DNA of 64,000 bases from Eledone cirrhosa. Lineage: Eukaryota. The notes beneath the pieces are model-generated. The model saw only the letters and a program-made list of their open reading frames with translations. It searched no databases and had not been told where the DNA came from. Shown here in pieces: positions 28,501 through 43,813 of this stretch. Both the position numbers and the translations under genes were made by a program. The stretch covers positions 209,498,001-209,562,000 of the forward strand of contig OZ024743.1 of the NCBI GenBank assembly GCA_964016885.1, written 5' to 3'. Position 1 is the first letter of the stretch; every line of letters starts with the position of its first letter.

Positions 28501-31500
28501 AAAGCTCTTCACTCCATAAGATATAACACAATTTACCATCCTATAGCCAGATGAAAGTTCTTCACTCCATAAGATATACCACAGTTTACTATCCTATAGC
28601 CACAGATGAAAGCTCTTCACTCCATAAGATATACCACAGTTTACCATCCTATAGCCACAGATGAAAGCTCTTCACTCCATAAGATATACCACAGTTTACC
28701 ATCCTATAGCCACAGATGAAAGCTGTTCACTCCATAAGATATACCACAGTTTACCATCCTATAGCCACACATGAAAGCTCTTCACTCCATAAGATATACC
28801 ACAGTTTACCATCCTATAGCCACACATGAAAGCTGTTCACTCCATAAGATATACGACAGTTTACCATCCTATAGCCACAGATGAAAGCTGTTCACTCCAT
28901 AAGATATACCACAGTTTACCATCCTATAGCCAGATGAAAGCTCTTCACTCCATAAGATATACCACAGCTTACCATCCTATAGCCACAGATGAAAGCTGTT
29001 CACTCCATAAGATATACCACAGTTTACCATCCTATAGCCAGATGAAAGCTCTTCACTCCATAAGATATACCACAGTTTACCATCCTATAGCCACAGATGA
29101 AAGCTCTTCACTCCATAAAATATACCACAGTTTACCATCCCAAAGCCACAGATGAAAGCTCTTCACTCCATGAGATATACCACAGTTTACCATCCTATAG
29201 CCACGCCACGGATGAAAGCTCTTCACTCCATAAGATATACCACAGTTTACAATCCTATAGCCACAGATGAAAGCTCTTCACTCAATAAGATATACCACAG
29301 TTTACCATCCTATTGCCACAGATGAAAGCTCTTCACTCCATAAGATATACCACAGTTTACCATCCTATGGCCACAGATGAAAGCTCTTCACTCCATAAGA
29401 TATACCACAGTTTACCACCCTATGGCCACAGATGAAAGCTCTTCACTCCATAAGATATACCACAGTTTACCATCTTATAGCCACACCACGGATGAAAGCT
29501 CTTCACTCCATAAGATATACCACAGTTTACCATCCTATAGCCACACATGAAAGCTCTTCACTCAATAAAATATACCACAGTTTACCATCCTATAGCCATA
29601 CATGAAAGCTCTTCACTCCATAAGATATACCACTTTTTACCATCCTATAGCCACACATGAGAGCTCTTCACTCCATAAGATATACCACAGTTTACCATAC
29701 TATAGCCACACATGAGAGCTCTTCACTCCATAAGATATACCACAGTTTACCATCCTATAGCCACACATGAGAGCTCTTTACTCCATAAGATATACCACAG
29801 TTTACCATCCTATAGCCACACATGAGAGCTCTTAACTCCATAAGATATACCACAGTTTACCATGCTATGGCCACACATGAAAGCTCTTCACTCCATAAGA
29901 TATACCACTGTTTACCATCCTATGGCCACACATGAAAGCTCTTCACTCCATACGATATACCACACTTTACAATCCTATGGCCACACATGAAAGCTCTTCA
30001 CTCCATAATATATTCCACAGTTTACCATCCTATAGCCACACATGAGAGCTCTTCACTCCATAAGATATACCACTGTTTACCATCCTATGGCCACACATGA
30101 AAGCTTTTCACTCCATAACATATACCACAGTTTACCATCCTATAGCCACACATGAAAGCTCTTCACTCCATAAGATATACGACTGTTTACCATCATATGG
30201 CCACACATGAAAGCTCTTCACTCCATAAGATATACCACAGTTTACCATCCTATAGCCAGATGAAAGCTCTTCACTCCATAAAATATACCACAGTTTACCA
30301 TCCTATAGCCACAGATGAAAGCTCTTCACTCCATAAGATATACCACAGTTTACCATCCTATAGCCAGATGAAAGCTCTTCACTCCATAAGATATACCACA
30401 GTTTACCACCCTATGGCCACAGATGAAAGCTCTTCACTCCATAAGATATACCACAGTTTACCATCCTATAGCCACGCCACGGATGAAAGCTCTTCACTCC
30501 ATAAGATATACCACAGTTTACAATCCTATAGCCACAGATGAAAGCTCTTCACTCAATAAGATATACCACATTTTACCATCCTATGGCCACAGATGAAAGC
30601 TCTTCACTCCATAAGATATACCACAGTTTACCATCCTATGGCCACAGATGAAAGCTCTTCACTCCATAAGATATACCACTGTTTACCATCCTATGGCCAC
30701 ACATGAAAGCTCTTCACTCCATAAGATATACCACAGCTTACCATCCTATAGCCAGATGAAAGCTCTTCACTCCATAAAATATACCACAGTTTACCATCCT
30801 ATAGCCACACATGAAAGCTCTTCACTCCATAAGATATACCACAGTTTACCATCATATTGCCAGATGAAAGTTCTTCACTCCATAAGATATACCACAGTTT
30901 ACCACCCTATGGCCACAGATGAAAGCTCTTCACTCCATGAGATATACCACAGTTTACCATCCTATAGCCACGCCACGGATGAAAGCTCTTCACTCCATAA
31001 GATATACCACAGTTTACCATCCTATAGTCACACATGAAAGCTCTTCACTCCATAAGATATAACACAGTTTACCATCCTATAGCCAGATGAAAGTTCTTCA
31101 CTCCATAAGATATACCACAGTTTACTATCCTATAGCCACAGATGAAAGCTCTTCACTCCATAAGATATACCACAGTTTACCATCCTATAGCCACAGATGA
31201 AAGCTCTTCACTCCATAAGATATACCACAGTTTACCATCCTATAGCCACAGATGAAAGCTGTTCACTCCATAAGATATACCACAGTTTACCATCCTATAG
31301 CCACACATGAAAGCTCTTCACTCCATAAGATATACCACAGTTTACCATCCTATAGCCACAGATGAAAGCTGTTCACTCCATAAGATATACGACAGTTTAC
31401 CATCCTATAGCCACAGATGAAAGCTGCTCACTCCATAAGATATACCACAGTTTACCATCCTATAGCCACACATGAGAGCTCTTCACTCCATAAGATATAC

Positions 31501-33135
31501 CACAGTTTACCATGCTATGGCCACACATAAAAGCTCTTCACTCCATAAGATATACCACTGTTTACCATCCTATGGCCACACATGAAAGCTCTTCACTCCA
31601 TAAGATATACCACAGTTTACAATCCTATGGCCACACATGAAAGCTCTTCACTCCATAATATATTTCACAGTTTACCATCCTATAGCCACACATAAGAGCT
31701 CTTCACTCCATAAGATATACCACTGTTTACCATCCTATGGCCACACATGAAAGCTCTTCACTCCATAAGATATACCACTGTTTACCATCCTATGGCCACA
31801 CATGAAAGCTTTTCACTCCATAAGATATACCACAGTTTACCATCCTATAGCCACACATGAAAGCTCTTCACTCCATAAGATATACCACTGTTTACCATCC
31901 TATGGCCACACATGAAAGCTCTTCACTCCATAAGATATACCACAGTTTACCATCCTATAGCCAGATGAAAGCTCTTCACTCCATAAAATATACCACAGTT
32001 TACCATCCTATAGCCACAGATGAAAGCTCTTCACTCCATAAGATATACCACTGTTTACCATCCTATGGCCACACATGAAAGCTTTTCACTCCATAAGATA
32101 TACCACAGTTTACCATCCTATAGCCACACATGAAAGCTCTTCACTCCATAAGATATACCACTGTTTACCATCCTATGGCCACACATGAAAGCTCTTCACT
32201 CCATAAGATATACCACAGTTTACCATCCTATAGCCAGATGAAAGCTCTTCACTCCATAAGATATACCACAGTTTACCACCCTATGGCCACAGATGAAAGC
32301 TCTTCACTCCATGAGATATACCACAGTTTACCATCCTATAGCCACGCCACGGATGAAAGCTCTTCACTCCATAAGATATACCACAGTTTACAATCCTATA
32401 GCCACAGATGAAAGCTCTTCACTCAATAAGATATACCACAGTTTACCATCCTATGGCCACAGATGAAAGCTCTTCACTCCATAAGATATACCACAGTTTA
32501 CCATCCTATAGTCACACATGAAAGCTCTTCACTCCATAAGATATAACACAATTTACCATCCTATAGCCAGATGAAAGTTCTTCACTCCATAAGATATACC
32601 ACAGTTTACTATCCTATAGCCACAGATGAAAGCTCTTCACTCCATAAGATATACCACAGTTTACCATCCTATAGCCACAGATGAAAGCTCTTCACTCCAT
32701 AAGATATACCACAGTTTACCATCCTATAGCCACAGATGAAAGCTGTTCACTCCATAAGATATACCACAGTTTACCATCCTATAGCCACACATGAAAGCTC
32801 TTCACTCCATAAGATATACCACAGTTTACCATCCTATAGCCACACATGAAAGCTGTTCACTCCATAAGATATACGACAGTTTACCATCCTATAGCCACAG
32901 ATGAAAGCTGTTCACTCCATAAGATATACCACAGTTTACCATCCTATAGCCAGATGAAAGCTCTTCACTCCATAAGATATACCACAGCTTACCATCCTAT
33001 AGCCACAGATGAAAGCTGTTCACTCCATAAGATATACCACAGTTTACCATCCTATAGCCAGATGAAAGCTCTTCACTCCATAAGATATATCACAGTTTAC
33101 CATCCTATAGCCACAGATGAAAGCTCTTCACTCCA
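23932..33135 (+). repeat. Duplicated ~3.6-kb block at offset 5615 bp (~23932-27520 and ~29547-33135)
   Basis: ORF pairs 24537/30152, 25033/30648, 26242/31857, 26515/32130, 27231/32846 all differ by 5615. The private variant GATATATCACAG occurs in the monomers at 27447 and 33062. Confidence 0.85.
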
Positions 33136-36100
33136 TAAAATATACCACAGTTTACCATCCCAAAGCCACAGATGAAAGCTCTTCACTCCATGAGATATAC
33201 CACAGTTTACCATCCTATAGCCACGCCACGGATGAAAGCTCTTCACTCCATAAGATATACCACAGTTTACAATCCTATAGCCACAGATGAAAGCTCTTCA
33301 CTCAATAAGATATACCACAGTTTACCATCCTATTGCCACAGATGAAAGCTCTTCACTCCATAAGATATACCACAGTTTACCATCCTATGGCCACAGATGA
33401 AAGCTCTTCACTCCATAAGATATACCACAGTTTACCACCCTATGGCCACAGATGAAAGCTCTTCACTCCATAAGATATACCACAGTTTACCATCTTATAG
33501 CCACACCACGGATGAAAGCTCTTCACTCCATAAGATATACCACAGTTTACCATCCTATAGCCACACATGAAAGCTCTTCACTGCATAAAATATACCACAG
33601 TTTACCATCCTATAGCCACACATGAAAGCTCTTCACTCAATAAAATATACCACAGTTTACCATCCTATAGCCATACATGAAAGCTCTTCACTCCATAAGA
33701 TATACCACTTTTTACCATCCTATAGCCACACATGAGAGCTCTTCACTCCATAAGATATACCACAGTTTACCATACTATAGCCACACATGAGAGCTCTTCA
33801 CTCCATAAGATATACCACAGTTTACCATCCTATAGCCACACATGAGAGCTCTTTACTCCATAAGATATACCACAGTTTACCATCCTATAGCCACACATGA
33901 GAGCTCTTAACTCCATAAGATATACCACAGTTTACCATGCTATGGCCACACATGAAAGCTCTTCACTCCATAAGATATACCACTGTTTACCATCCTATGG
34001 CCACACATGAAAGCTCTTCACTCCATACGATATACCACACTTTACAATCCTATGGCCACACATGAAAGCTCTTCACTCCATAATATATTCCACAGTTTAC
34101 CATCCTATAGCCACACATGAGAGCTCTTCACTCCATAAGATATACCACTGTTTACCATCCTATGGCCACACATGAAAGCTTTTCACTCCATAACATATAC
34201 CACAGTTTACCATCCTATAGCCACACATGAAAGCTCTTCACTCCATAAGATATACGACTGTTTACCATCATATGGCCACACATGAAAGCTCTTCACTCCA
34301 TAAGATATACCACAGTTTACCATCCTATAGCCAGATGAAAGCTCTTCACTCCATAAAATATACCACAGTTTACCATCCTATAGCCACAGATGAAAGCTCT
34401 TCACTCCATAAGATATACCACAGTTTACCATCCTATAGCCAGATGAAAGCTCTTCACTCCATAAGATATACCACAGTTTACCACCCTATGGCCACAGATG
34501 AAAGCTCTTCACTCCATGAGATATACCACAGTTTACCATCCTATAGCCACGCCACGGATGAAAGCTCTTCACTCCATAAGATATACCACAGTTTACAATC
34601 CTATAGCCACAGATGAAAGCTCTTCACTCAATAAGATATACCACATTTTACCATCCTATGGCCACAGATGAAAGCTCTTCACTCCATAAGATATACCACA
34701 GTTTACCATCCTATGGCCACAGATGAAAGCTCTTCACTCCATAAGATATACCACTGTTTACCATCCTATGGCCACACATGAAAGCTCTTCACTCCATAAG
34801 ATATACCACAGCTTACCATCCTATAGCCAGATGAAAGCTCTTCACTCCATAAAATATACCACAGTTTACCATCCTATAGCCACACATGAAAGCTCTTCAC
34901 TCCATAAGATATACCACAGTTTACCATCATATTGCCAGATGAAAGTTCTTCACTCCATAAGATATACCACAGTTTACCACCCTATGGCCACAGATGAAAG
35001 CTCTTCACTCCATGAGATATACCACAGTTTACCATCCTATAGCCACGCCACGGATGAAAGCTCTTCACTCCATAAGATATACCACAGTTTACCATCCTAT
35101 AGTCACACATGAAAGCTCTTCACTCCATAAGATATAACACAGTTTACCATCCTATAGCCAGATGAAAGTTCTTCACTCCATAAGATATACCACAGTTTAC
35201 TATCCTATAGCCACAGATGAAAGCTCTTCACTCCATAAGATATACCACAGTTTACCATCCTATAGCCACAGATGAAAGCTCTTCACTCCATAAGATATAC
35301 CACAGTTTACCATCCTATAGCCACAGATGAAAGCTGTTCACTCCATAAGATATACCACAGTTTACCATCCTATAGCCACACATGAAAGCTCTTCACTCCA
35401 TAAGATATACCACAGTTTACCATCCTATAGCCACAGATGAAAGCTGTTCACTCCATAAGATATACGACAGTTTACCATCCTATAGCCACAGATGAAAGCT
35501 GCTCACTCCATAAGATATACCACAGTTTACCATCCTATAGCCAGATGAAAGCTCTTCACTCCATAAGATATACCACAGCTTACCATCCTATAGCCACAGA
35601 TGAAAGCTGTTCACTCCATAAGATATACCACAGTTTACCATCCTATAGCCAGATGAAAGCTCTTCACTCCATAAGATATACCACAGTTTACCATCCTATA
35701 GCCACAGATGAAAGCTCTTCACTCCATAAAATATACCACAGTTTACCATCCCAAAGCCACAGATGAAAGCTCTTCACTCCATAAGATATACCTCAGTTTA
35801 CCATCCTATAGCCACACATGAGAGCTCTTCACTCCATAAGATATACCACAGTTTACCATCCTATAGCCACACATGAGAGCTCTTCACTCCATAAGATATA
35901 CCACAGTTTACCATCGTATGGCCACAAATGAAAGTTCTTCACCCCATAAGATGTACCACAGTTTACCATCCTATATCCAGATGAAAGCTCTTCACTCCGT
36001 AAAATATACCACAGTTTACCATCCTGTAGCCACACATGAAAGCTCTTCACGCCATAAGATATACCTCAGTTTACCATCCTATAGCCACACATGAGAGCTC

Positions 36101-39100
36101 TTCACTCCATGAGATATACCACAGTTTACCATCTTATAGCCACACATGAAAGCTCTTCACTCCATAAGATATACCACAGTTTACCATCCTATTGCCACAC
36201 ATGAAAGCTCTTCACTCCATAAGATATAGCACAGTTTACCATCCTATAGGCACACATGAAAGCTCTTCACTCCATAAGATATAGCACAGTTTACCATCCT
36301 ATAGCCAGATGAATGCTCTTCACTCCATAAGATATACGACAGTTTACCATCCTATAGCCACAAATGAAATCTCTTCACTCCATAAGATATACCTCAGTTT
36401 ATCATCCTATAGCCACAGATGAAAGCTCTTCACTCCATAAGATATACCACAGTTTACCATCCTATAGCCACACATGAAAGCTCTTCACGCCATAAGATAT
36501 ACCTCAGTTTACCATCCAATAGCCACAGATGAAAGCTCTTCACTCCATAAGATATACCACAGTTTACCATCCTATAGCCACACATGAGAGCTCTTCACAC
36601 CATAAGATATACCACAGTTTACCATCCTCTAGCCAGATGAAAGCTCTTCACTCCATAAAATATACCAGAGTTTACCATCCTATAGCCACACATGAAAGCT
36701 CTTCACTCCATAAGATATACCACAGTTTACCATCCTATAGCCACACATGAGAGCTCTTCACTCCATAAGATATACCACAGTTTACCATCCTATAGCCACA
36801 CATGAGAGCTCTTCACTCCATAAGATATACCACAGTTTACCATCCTATAGCCACACATGAGAGCTCTTTACTCCATAAGATATACCACAGTTTACCATCC
36901 TATAGCCACACATGAGAGCTCTTCACTCCATAAGATATACCACAGTTTACCATGCTATGGCCACACATGAAAGCTCTTCACTCCATAAGATATACCACTG
37001 TTTACCATCCTATGGCCACACATGAAAGCTCTTCACTCCATAAGATATACCACAGTTTACAATCCTATGGCCACACATGAAAGCTCTTCACTCCATAATA
37101 TATTCCACAGTTTACCATCCTATAGCCACACATGAGAGCTCTTCACTCCATAAGATATACCACTGTTTACCATCCTATGGCCACACATGAAAGCTCTTCA
37201 CTCCATAAGATATACCACTGTTTACCATCCTATGGCCACACATGAAAGCTTTTCACTCCATAAGATATACCACAGTTTACCATCCTATAGCCACACATGA
37301 AAGCTCTTCACTCCATAAGATATACCACAGTTTACCATCCTATTGCCACACATGAAAGCTCTTCACTCCATAAGATATAGCACAGTTTACCATCCTATAG
37401 GCACACATGAAAGCTCTTCACTCCATAAGATATAGCACAGTTTACCATCCTATAGCCAGATGAATGCTCTTCACTCCATAAGATATACGACAGTTTACCA
37501 TCCTATAGCCACACATGAAATCTCTTCACTCCATAAGATATACCTCAGTTTACCATCCTATAGCCAGATGAAAGCTCTTCACTCCATAAAATATACCACA
37601 GTTTACCATCCTATAGCCACACATGAAAGCTCTTCACTCCATAAGATATACCACAGTTTACCATCCTATAGCCACACATGAGAGCTCTTCACTCCATAAG
37701 ATATACCACAGTTTACCATCCTATAGCCACACATGAGAGCTCTTCACTCCATAAGATATACCACAGTTTACCATCCTATAGCCACACATGAGAGCTCTTT
37801 ACTCCATAAGATATACCACAGTTTACCATCCTATAGCCACACATGAGAGCTCTTCACTCCATAAGATATACCACAGTTTACCATCCTATGGCCACACATG
37901 AAAGCTCTTCATTCCATAAGATATACCACTGTTTACCATCCTATGGCCACACATGAAAGCTCTTCACTCCATAAGATATACCACAGTTTACAATCCTATG
38001 GCCACACATGAAAGCTCTTCACTCCATAATATATTCCACAGTTTACCATCCTATAGCCACACATGAGAGCTCTTCACTCCATAAGATATACCACTGTTTA
38101 CCATCCTATGGCCACACATGACAGCTCTTCACTCCATAAGATATACCACTGTTTACCATCCTATGGCCACACATGAAAGCTTTTCACTCCATAAGATATA
38201 CCACAGTTTACCATCCTATAGCCACACATGAAAGCTCTTCACTCCATAAGATATACCACTGTTTACCATCCTATGGCCACACATGAAAGCTCTTCACTCC
38301 ATAAGATATACCACAGTTTACCATCCTATAGCCAGATGAAAGCTCTTCACTCCATAAAATATACCACAGTTTACCATCCTATAGCCACAGATGAAAGCTC
38401 TTCACTCCATAAGATATACCACAGTTTACCATCCTATAGCCAGATGAAGCTCTTCACTCCATAAGATATACCATAGTTTACCACCCTATGGCCACAGATG
38501 AAAGCTCTTCACTCCATGAGATATACCACAGTTTACCATCCTATAGCCACGCCACGGATGAAAGCTCTTCACTCCATAAGATATACCACAGTTTACAATC
38601 CTATAGCCACAGATGAAAGCTCTTCACTCCATAAGATATACCACAGTTTACCATCCTATAGTCACACATGAAAGCTCTTCACTCCATAAGATATAACACA
38701 GTTTACCATCCTATAGCCAGATGAAAGTTCTTCACTCCATAAGATATACCACAGTTTACCATCCTATAGCCACAGATGAAAGCTCTTCACTCCATAAGAT
38801 ATACCACAGTTTACCATCCTATAGCCACAGATGAAAGCTCTTCACTCCATAAGATATACCACAGTTTACCATCCTATAGCCACAGATGAAAGCTGTTCAC
38901 TCCATAAGATATACCACAGTTTACCATCCTATAGCCACACATGAAAGCTCTTCACTCCATAAGATATACCACAGTTTACCATCCTATAGCCACAGATGAA
39001 AGCTGTTCACTCCATAAGATATACGACAGTTTACCATCCTATAGCCACAGATGAAAGCTGTTCACTCCATAAGATATACCACAGTTTACCATCCTATAGC

Positions 39101-39540
39101 CAGATGAAAGCTCTTCACTCCATAAGATATACCACAGTTTACCATCCTATAGCCACAGATGAAAGCTCTTCACTCCATAAGATACACCACAGTTTACCAT
39201 CCCAAAGCGACAGATGAAACCTCTTCACTCCATAAGATATACCTCAGTTTACCATCCTATAACCACACATGAGAGCTCTTCACTCCATAAGATATACCAC
39301 AGTTTACCATCCTATGGCCACACATGAAAGCTCTTCACCCCATAAGATATACCACAGTTTACCATCCTATAGCCAGATGAAAGCTCTTCACTCCGTAAAA
39401 TATACCACAGTTTACCATCCTGTAGCCACACATGAGAGCTCTTCACTCCATAAGATATACCACAGTTTACCATCCTATAGCCACACATGAGAGCTCTTCA
39501 CTCCATAGATATACCACAGTTTACCATCCTGTGGCCACAC

Positions 39541-42500
39541 ATGAAAGCTCTTCACTCCATAAGATATACCACTGTTTACCATCCTATGGCCACACATGAA
39601 AGCTCTTCACTCCATAAGATATACCACAGTTTACAATCCTATGGCCACACATGAAAGCTCTTCACTCCATAATATATTCCACAGTTTACCATCCTATAGC
39701 CACACATGAGAGCTCTTCACTCCATAAGATATACCACAGTTTACCATCCTATGGCCACACATGAAAGCTCTTCACTCCATAAGATATACCACAGTTTACC
39801 ATCCTATAGCCAGATAAAAGCTCTTCACTCCATAAGATATACCACAGTTTACCACCCTATGGCCACAGCTGAAAGCTCTTCACTCCATGAGATATAGCAC
39901 AGTTTACCATCCTATAGCCACGCCACGGATGAAAGCACTTCATTCCATGAGATATACGACAGTTTACAATCCTATAGCCACGCCACGGATGAAAGCTCTT
40001 TACTCCATAAGATATACCACAGTTTACCATCCTATAGCCACGCCACGGATGAAAGCTCTTTACTCCATAAGATATACCACAGTTTACCATCCTATAGCCA
40101 CACATGAGAGCTCTTCACTCCATAAGATATACCACAGTTTACCATCCTATAGCCACACATGAAAGCTCTTCACTCCATAAGATATACCACAGTTTACCAT
40201 CCTATAGCCACACATGAAAGCTCTTCACTCCATAAAATATACCACAGTTTACCATCCTATAGCCATACATGAAAGCTCTTCACTCCATAAGATATACCAC
40301 TGTTTACCATCCTATAGCCACACATGACATCTCTTCACTCCATAAAATATACCACAGTTAACCATCCTATAGCCACACATGAGAGCTCTTCACTCCATAA
40401 GATATACCACAGTTTACCATCATATAGCCACACATGAGAGCTCTTCACTCCATAAGATATACCACAGTTTACCATCCTATAGCCACACATGAGAGCTCTT
40501 TACTCCATAAGATATACCACAGTTTACCATCCTATAGCCACACATGAGAGCTCTTCACTCCATAAGATATACCACAGTTTACCATGCTATGGCCACACAT
40601 GAAAGCTCTTCACTCCATAAGATATACCACTGTTTACCATCCTATGGCCACACATGAAAGCTCTTCACTCCATAAGATATACCACAGTTTACAATCCTAT
40701 GGCCACACATGAAAGCTCTTCACTCCATAATATATTCCACAGTTTACCATCCTATAGCCACACATGAGAGCTCTTCACTCCATAAGATATACCACTGTTT
40801 ACCATCCTATGGCCACACATGAAAGCTCTTCACTCCATAAGATATACCACTGTTTACCATCCTATGGCCACACATGAAAGCTTTTCACTCCACAAGATAT
40901 ACCACAGTTTACCATCCTATAGCCACACATGCAAGCTCTTCACTCCATAAGATATACCACTGTTTACCATCCTATGGCCACACATGAAAGCTCTTCACTC
41001 CATAAGATATACCACAGTTTACCATCCTATAGCCAGATGAAAGCTCTTCACTCCATAAGATATACCACAGTTTACCACCCTATGGCCACAGATGAAAGCT
41101 CTTCACTCCATGAGATATACCACAGTTTACCATCCTATAGCCACGCCACGGATGAAAGCTCTTCACTCCATAAGATATACCACAGTTTACAATCCTATAG
41201 CCACAGATGAAAGCTCTTCACTCAATAAGATATACCACAGTTTACCATCCTATGGCCACAGATAAAAGCTCTTCACTCCATAAGATATACCACAGTTTAC
41301 CATCCTATGGCCACAGATGAAAGCTCTTCACTCCATAAGATATACCACAGTTTACCACCCTATGGCCACAGATGAGAACTCTTCACTCCATAAGTTATAC
41401 CACAGTTTACCATCTTATAGCCACGCCACGGATGAAAGCTCTTCACTCCATAAGATATACCACAGTTTACCATCCTATAGTCACACATGAAAGCTCTTCA
41501 CTCCATAAGATATACCACAGTTTACCATCCTATAGCCAGATGAAAGTTCTTCACTCCATAAGATATACCACAGTTTACCATCCTATAGCCACAGATGAGA
41601 GCTCTTCACTCCATAAGATATACCACTGTTTACCATGCTATGGCCACACATGAAAGCTCTTCACTCCATAAGATATACCACTGTTTACCATCCTATGGCC
41701 ACACATGAAAGCTCTTCACTCCATAAGATATACCACAGTTTACAATCCTATGGCCACACATGAAAGCTCTTCACTCCATAATATATTCCACAGTTTACCA
41801 TCCTATAGCCACACATGAGAGCTCTTCACTCCATAAGATATACCACAGTTTACCATCCTATGGCCACACATGAAAGCTCTTCACTCCATAAGATATACCA
41901 CAGTTTACCATCCTATAGCCAGATAAAAGCTCTTCACTCCATAAGATATACCACAGTTTACCACCCTATGGCCACAGCTGAAAGCTCTTCACTCCATGAG
42001 ATATAGCACAGTTTACCATCCTATAGCCACGCCACGGATGAAAGCACTTCATTCCATGAGATATACGACAGTTTACAATCCTATAGCCACGCCACGGATG
42101 AAAGCTCTTTACTCCATAAGATATACCACAGTTTACCATCCTATAGCCACGCCACGGATGAAAGCTCTTTACTCCATAAGATATACCACAGTTTACCATC
42201 CTATAGCCACACATGAGAGCTCTTCACTCCATAAGATATACCACAGTTTACCATCCTATAGCCACACATGAAAGCTCTTCACTCCATAAGATATACCACA
42301 GTTTACCATCCTATAGCCACACATGAAAGCTCTTCACTCCATAAAATATACCACAGTTTACCATCCTATAGCCATACATGAAAGCTCTTCACTCCATAAG
42401 ATATACCACTGTTTACCATCCTATAGCCACACATGACATCTCTTCACTCCATAAAATATACCACAGTTAACCATCCTATAGCCACACATGAGAGCTCTTC

Positions 42501-43813
42501 ACTCCATAAGATATACCACAGTTTACCATCATATAGCCACACATGAGAGCTCTTCACTCCATAAGATATACCACAGTTTACCATCCTATAGCCACACATG
42601 AGAGCTCTTTACTCCATAAGATATACCACAGTTTACCATCCTATAGCCACACATGAGAGCTCTTCACTCCATAAGATATACCACAGTTTACCATGCTATG
42701 GCCACACATGAAAGCTCTTCACTCCATAAGATATACCACTGTTTACCATCCTATGGCCACACATGAAAGCTCTTCACTCCATAAGATATACCACAGTTTA
42801 CAATCCTATGGCCACACATGAAAGCTCTTCACTCCATAATATATTCCACAGTTTACCATCCTATAGCCACACATGAGAGCTCTTCACTCCATAAGATATA
42901 CCACTGTTTACCATCCTATGGCCACACATGAAAGCTCTTCACTCCATAAGATATACCACTGTTTACCATCCTATGGCCACACATGAAAGCTTTTCACTCC
43001 ACAAGATATACCACAGTTTACCATCCTATAGCCACACATGCAAGCTCTTCACTCCATAAGATATACCACTGTTTACCATCCTATGGCCACACATGAAAGC
43101 TCTTCACTCCATAAGATATACCACAGTTTACCATCCTATAGCCAGATGAAAGCTCTTCACTCCATAAGATATACCACAGTTTACCACCCTATGGCCACAG
43201 ATGAAAGCTCTTCACTCCATGAGATATACCACAGTTTACCATCCTATAGCCACGCCACGGATGAAAGCTCTTCACTCCATAAGATATACCACAGTTTACA
43301 ATCCTATAGCCACAGATGAAAGCTCTTCACTCAATAAGATATACCACAGTTTACCATCCTATGGCCACAGATAAAAGCTCTTCACTCCATAAGATATACC
43401 ACAGTTTACCATCCTATGGCCACAGATGAAAGCTCTTCACTCCATAAGATATACCACAGTTTACCACCCTATGGCCACAGATGAGAACTCTTCACTCCAT
43501 AAGTTATACCACAGTTTACCATCTTATAGCCACGCCACGGATGAAAGCTCTTCACTCCATAAGATATACCACAGTTTACCATCCTATAGTCACACATGAA
43601 AGCTCTTCACTCCATAAGATATACCACAGTTTACCATCCTATAGCCAGATGAAAGTTCTTCACTCCATAAGATATACCACAGTTTACCATCCTATAGCCA
43701 CAGATGAGAGCTCTTCACTCCATAAGATATACCACTGTTTACCATGCTATGGCCACACATGAAAGCTCTTCACTCCATAAGATATACCACTGTTTACCAT
43801 CCTATGGCCACAC
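39541..43813 (+). repeat. Apparently exact tandem duplication of a 2109-bp, 38-monomer unit (39541-41649 and 41650-43758)
   Basis: ORF pairs 39706/41815, 39887/41996, 40929/43038, 41372/43481 all differ by 2109. The length matches 30x55 + 5x60 + 3x53 = 2109. Private variants (CAGCTGAAAG, ATGACATCTC, CTCCACAAG, TAAGTTATAC) are present in both copies. Confidence 0.93.
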
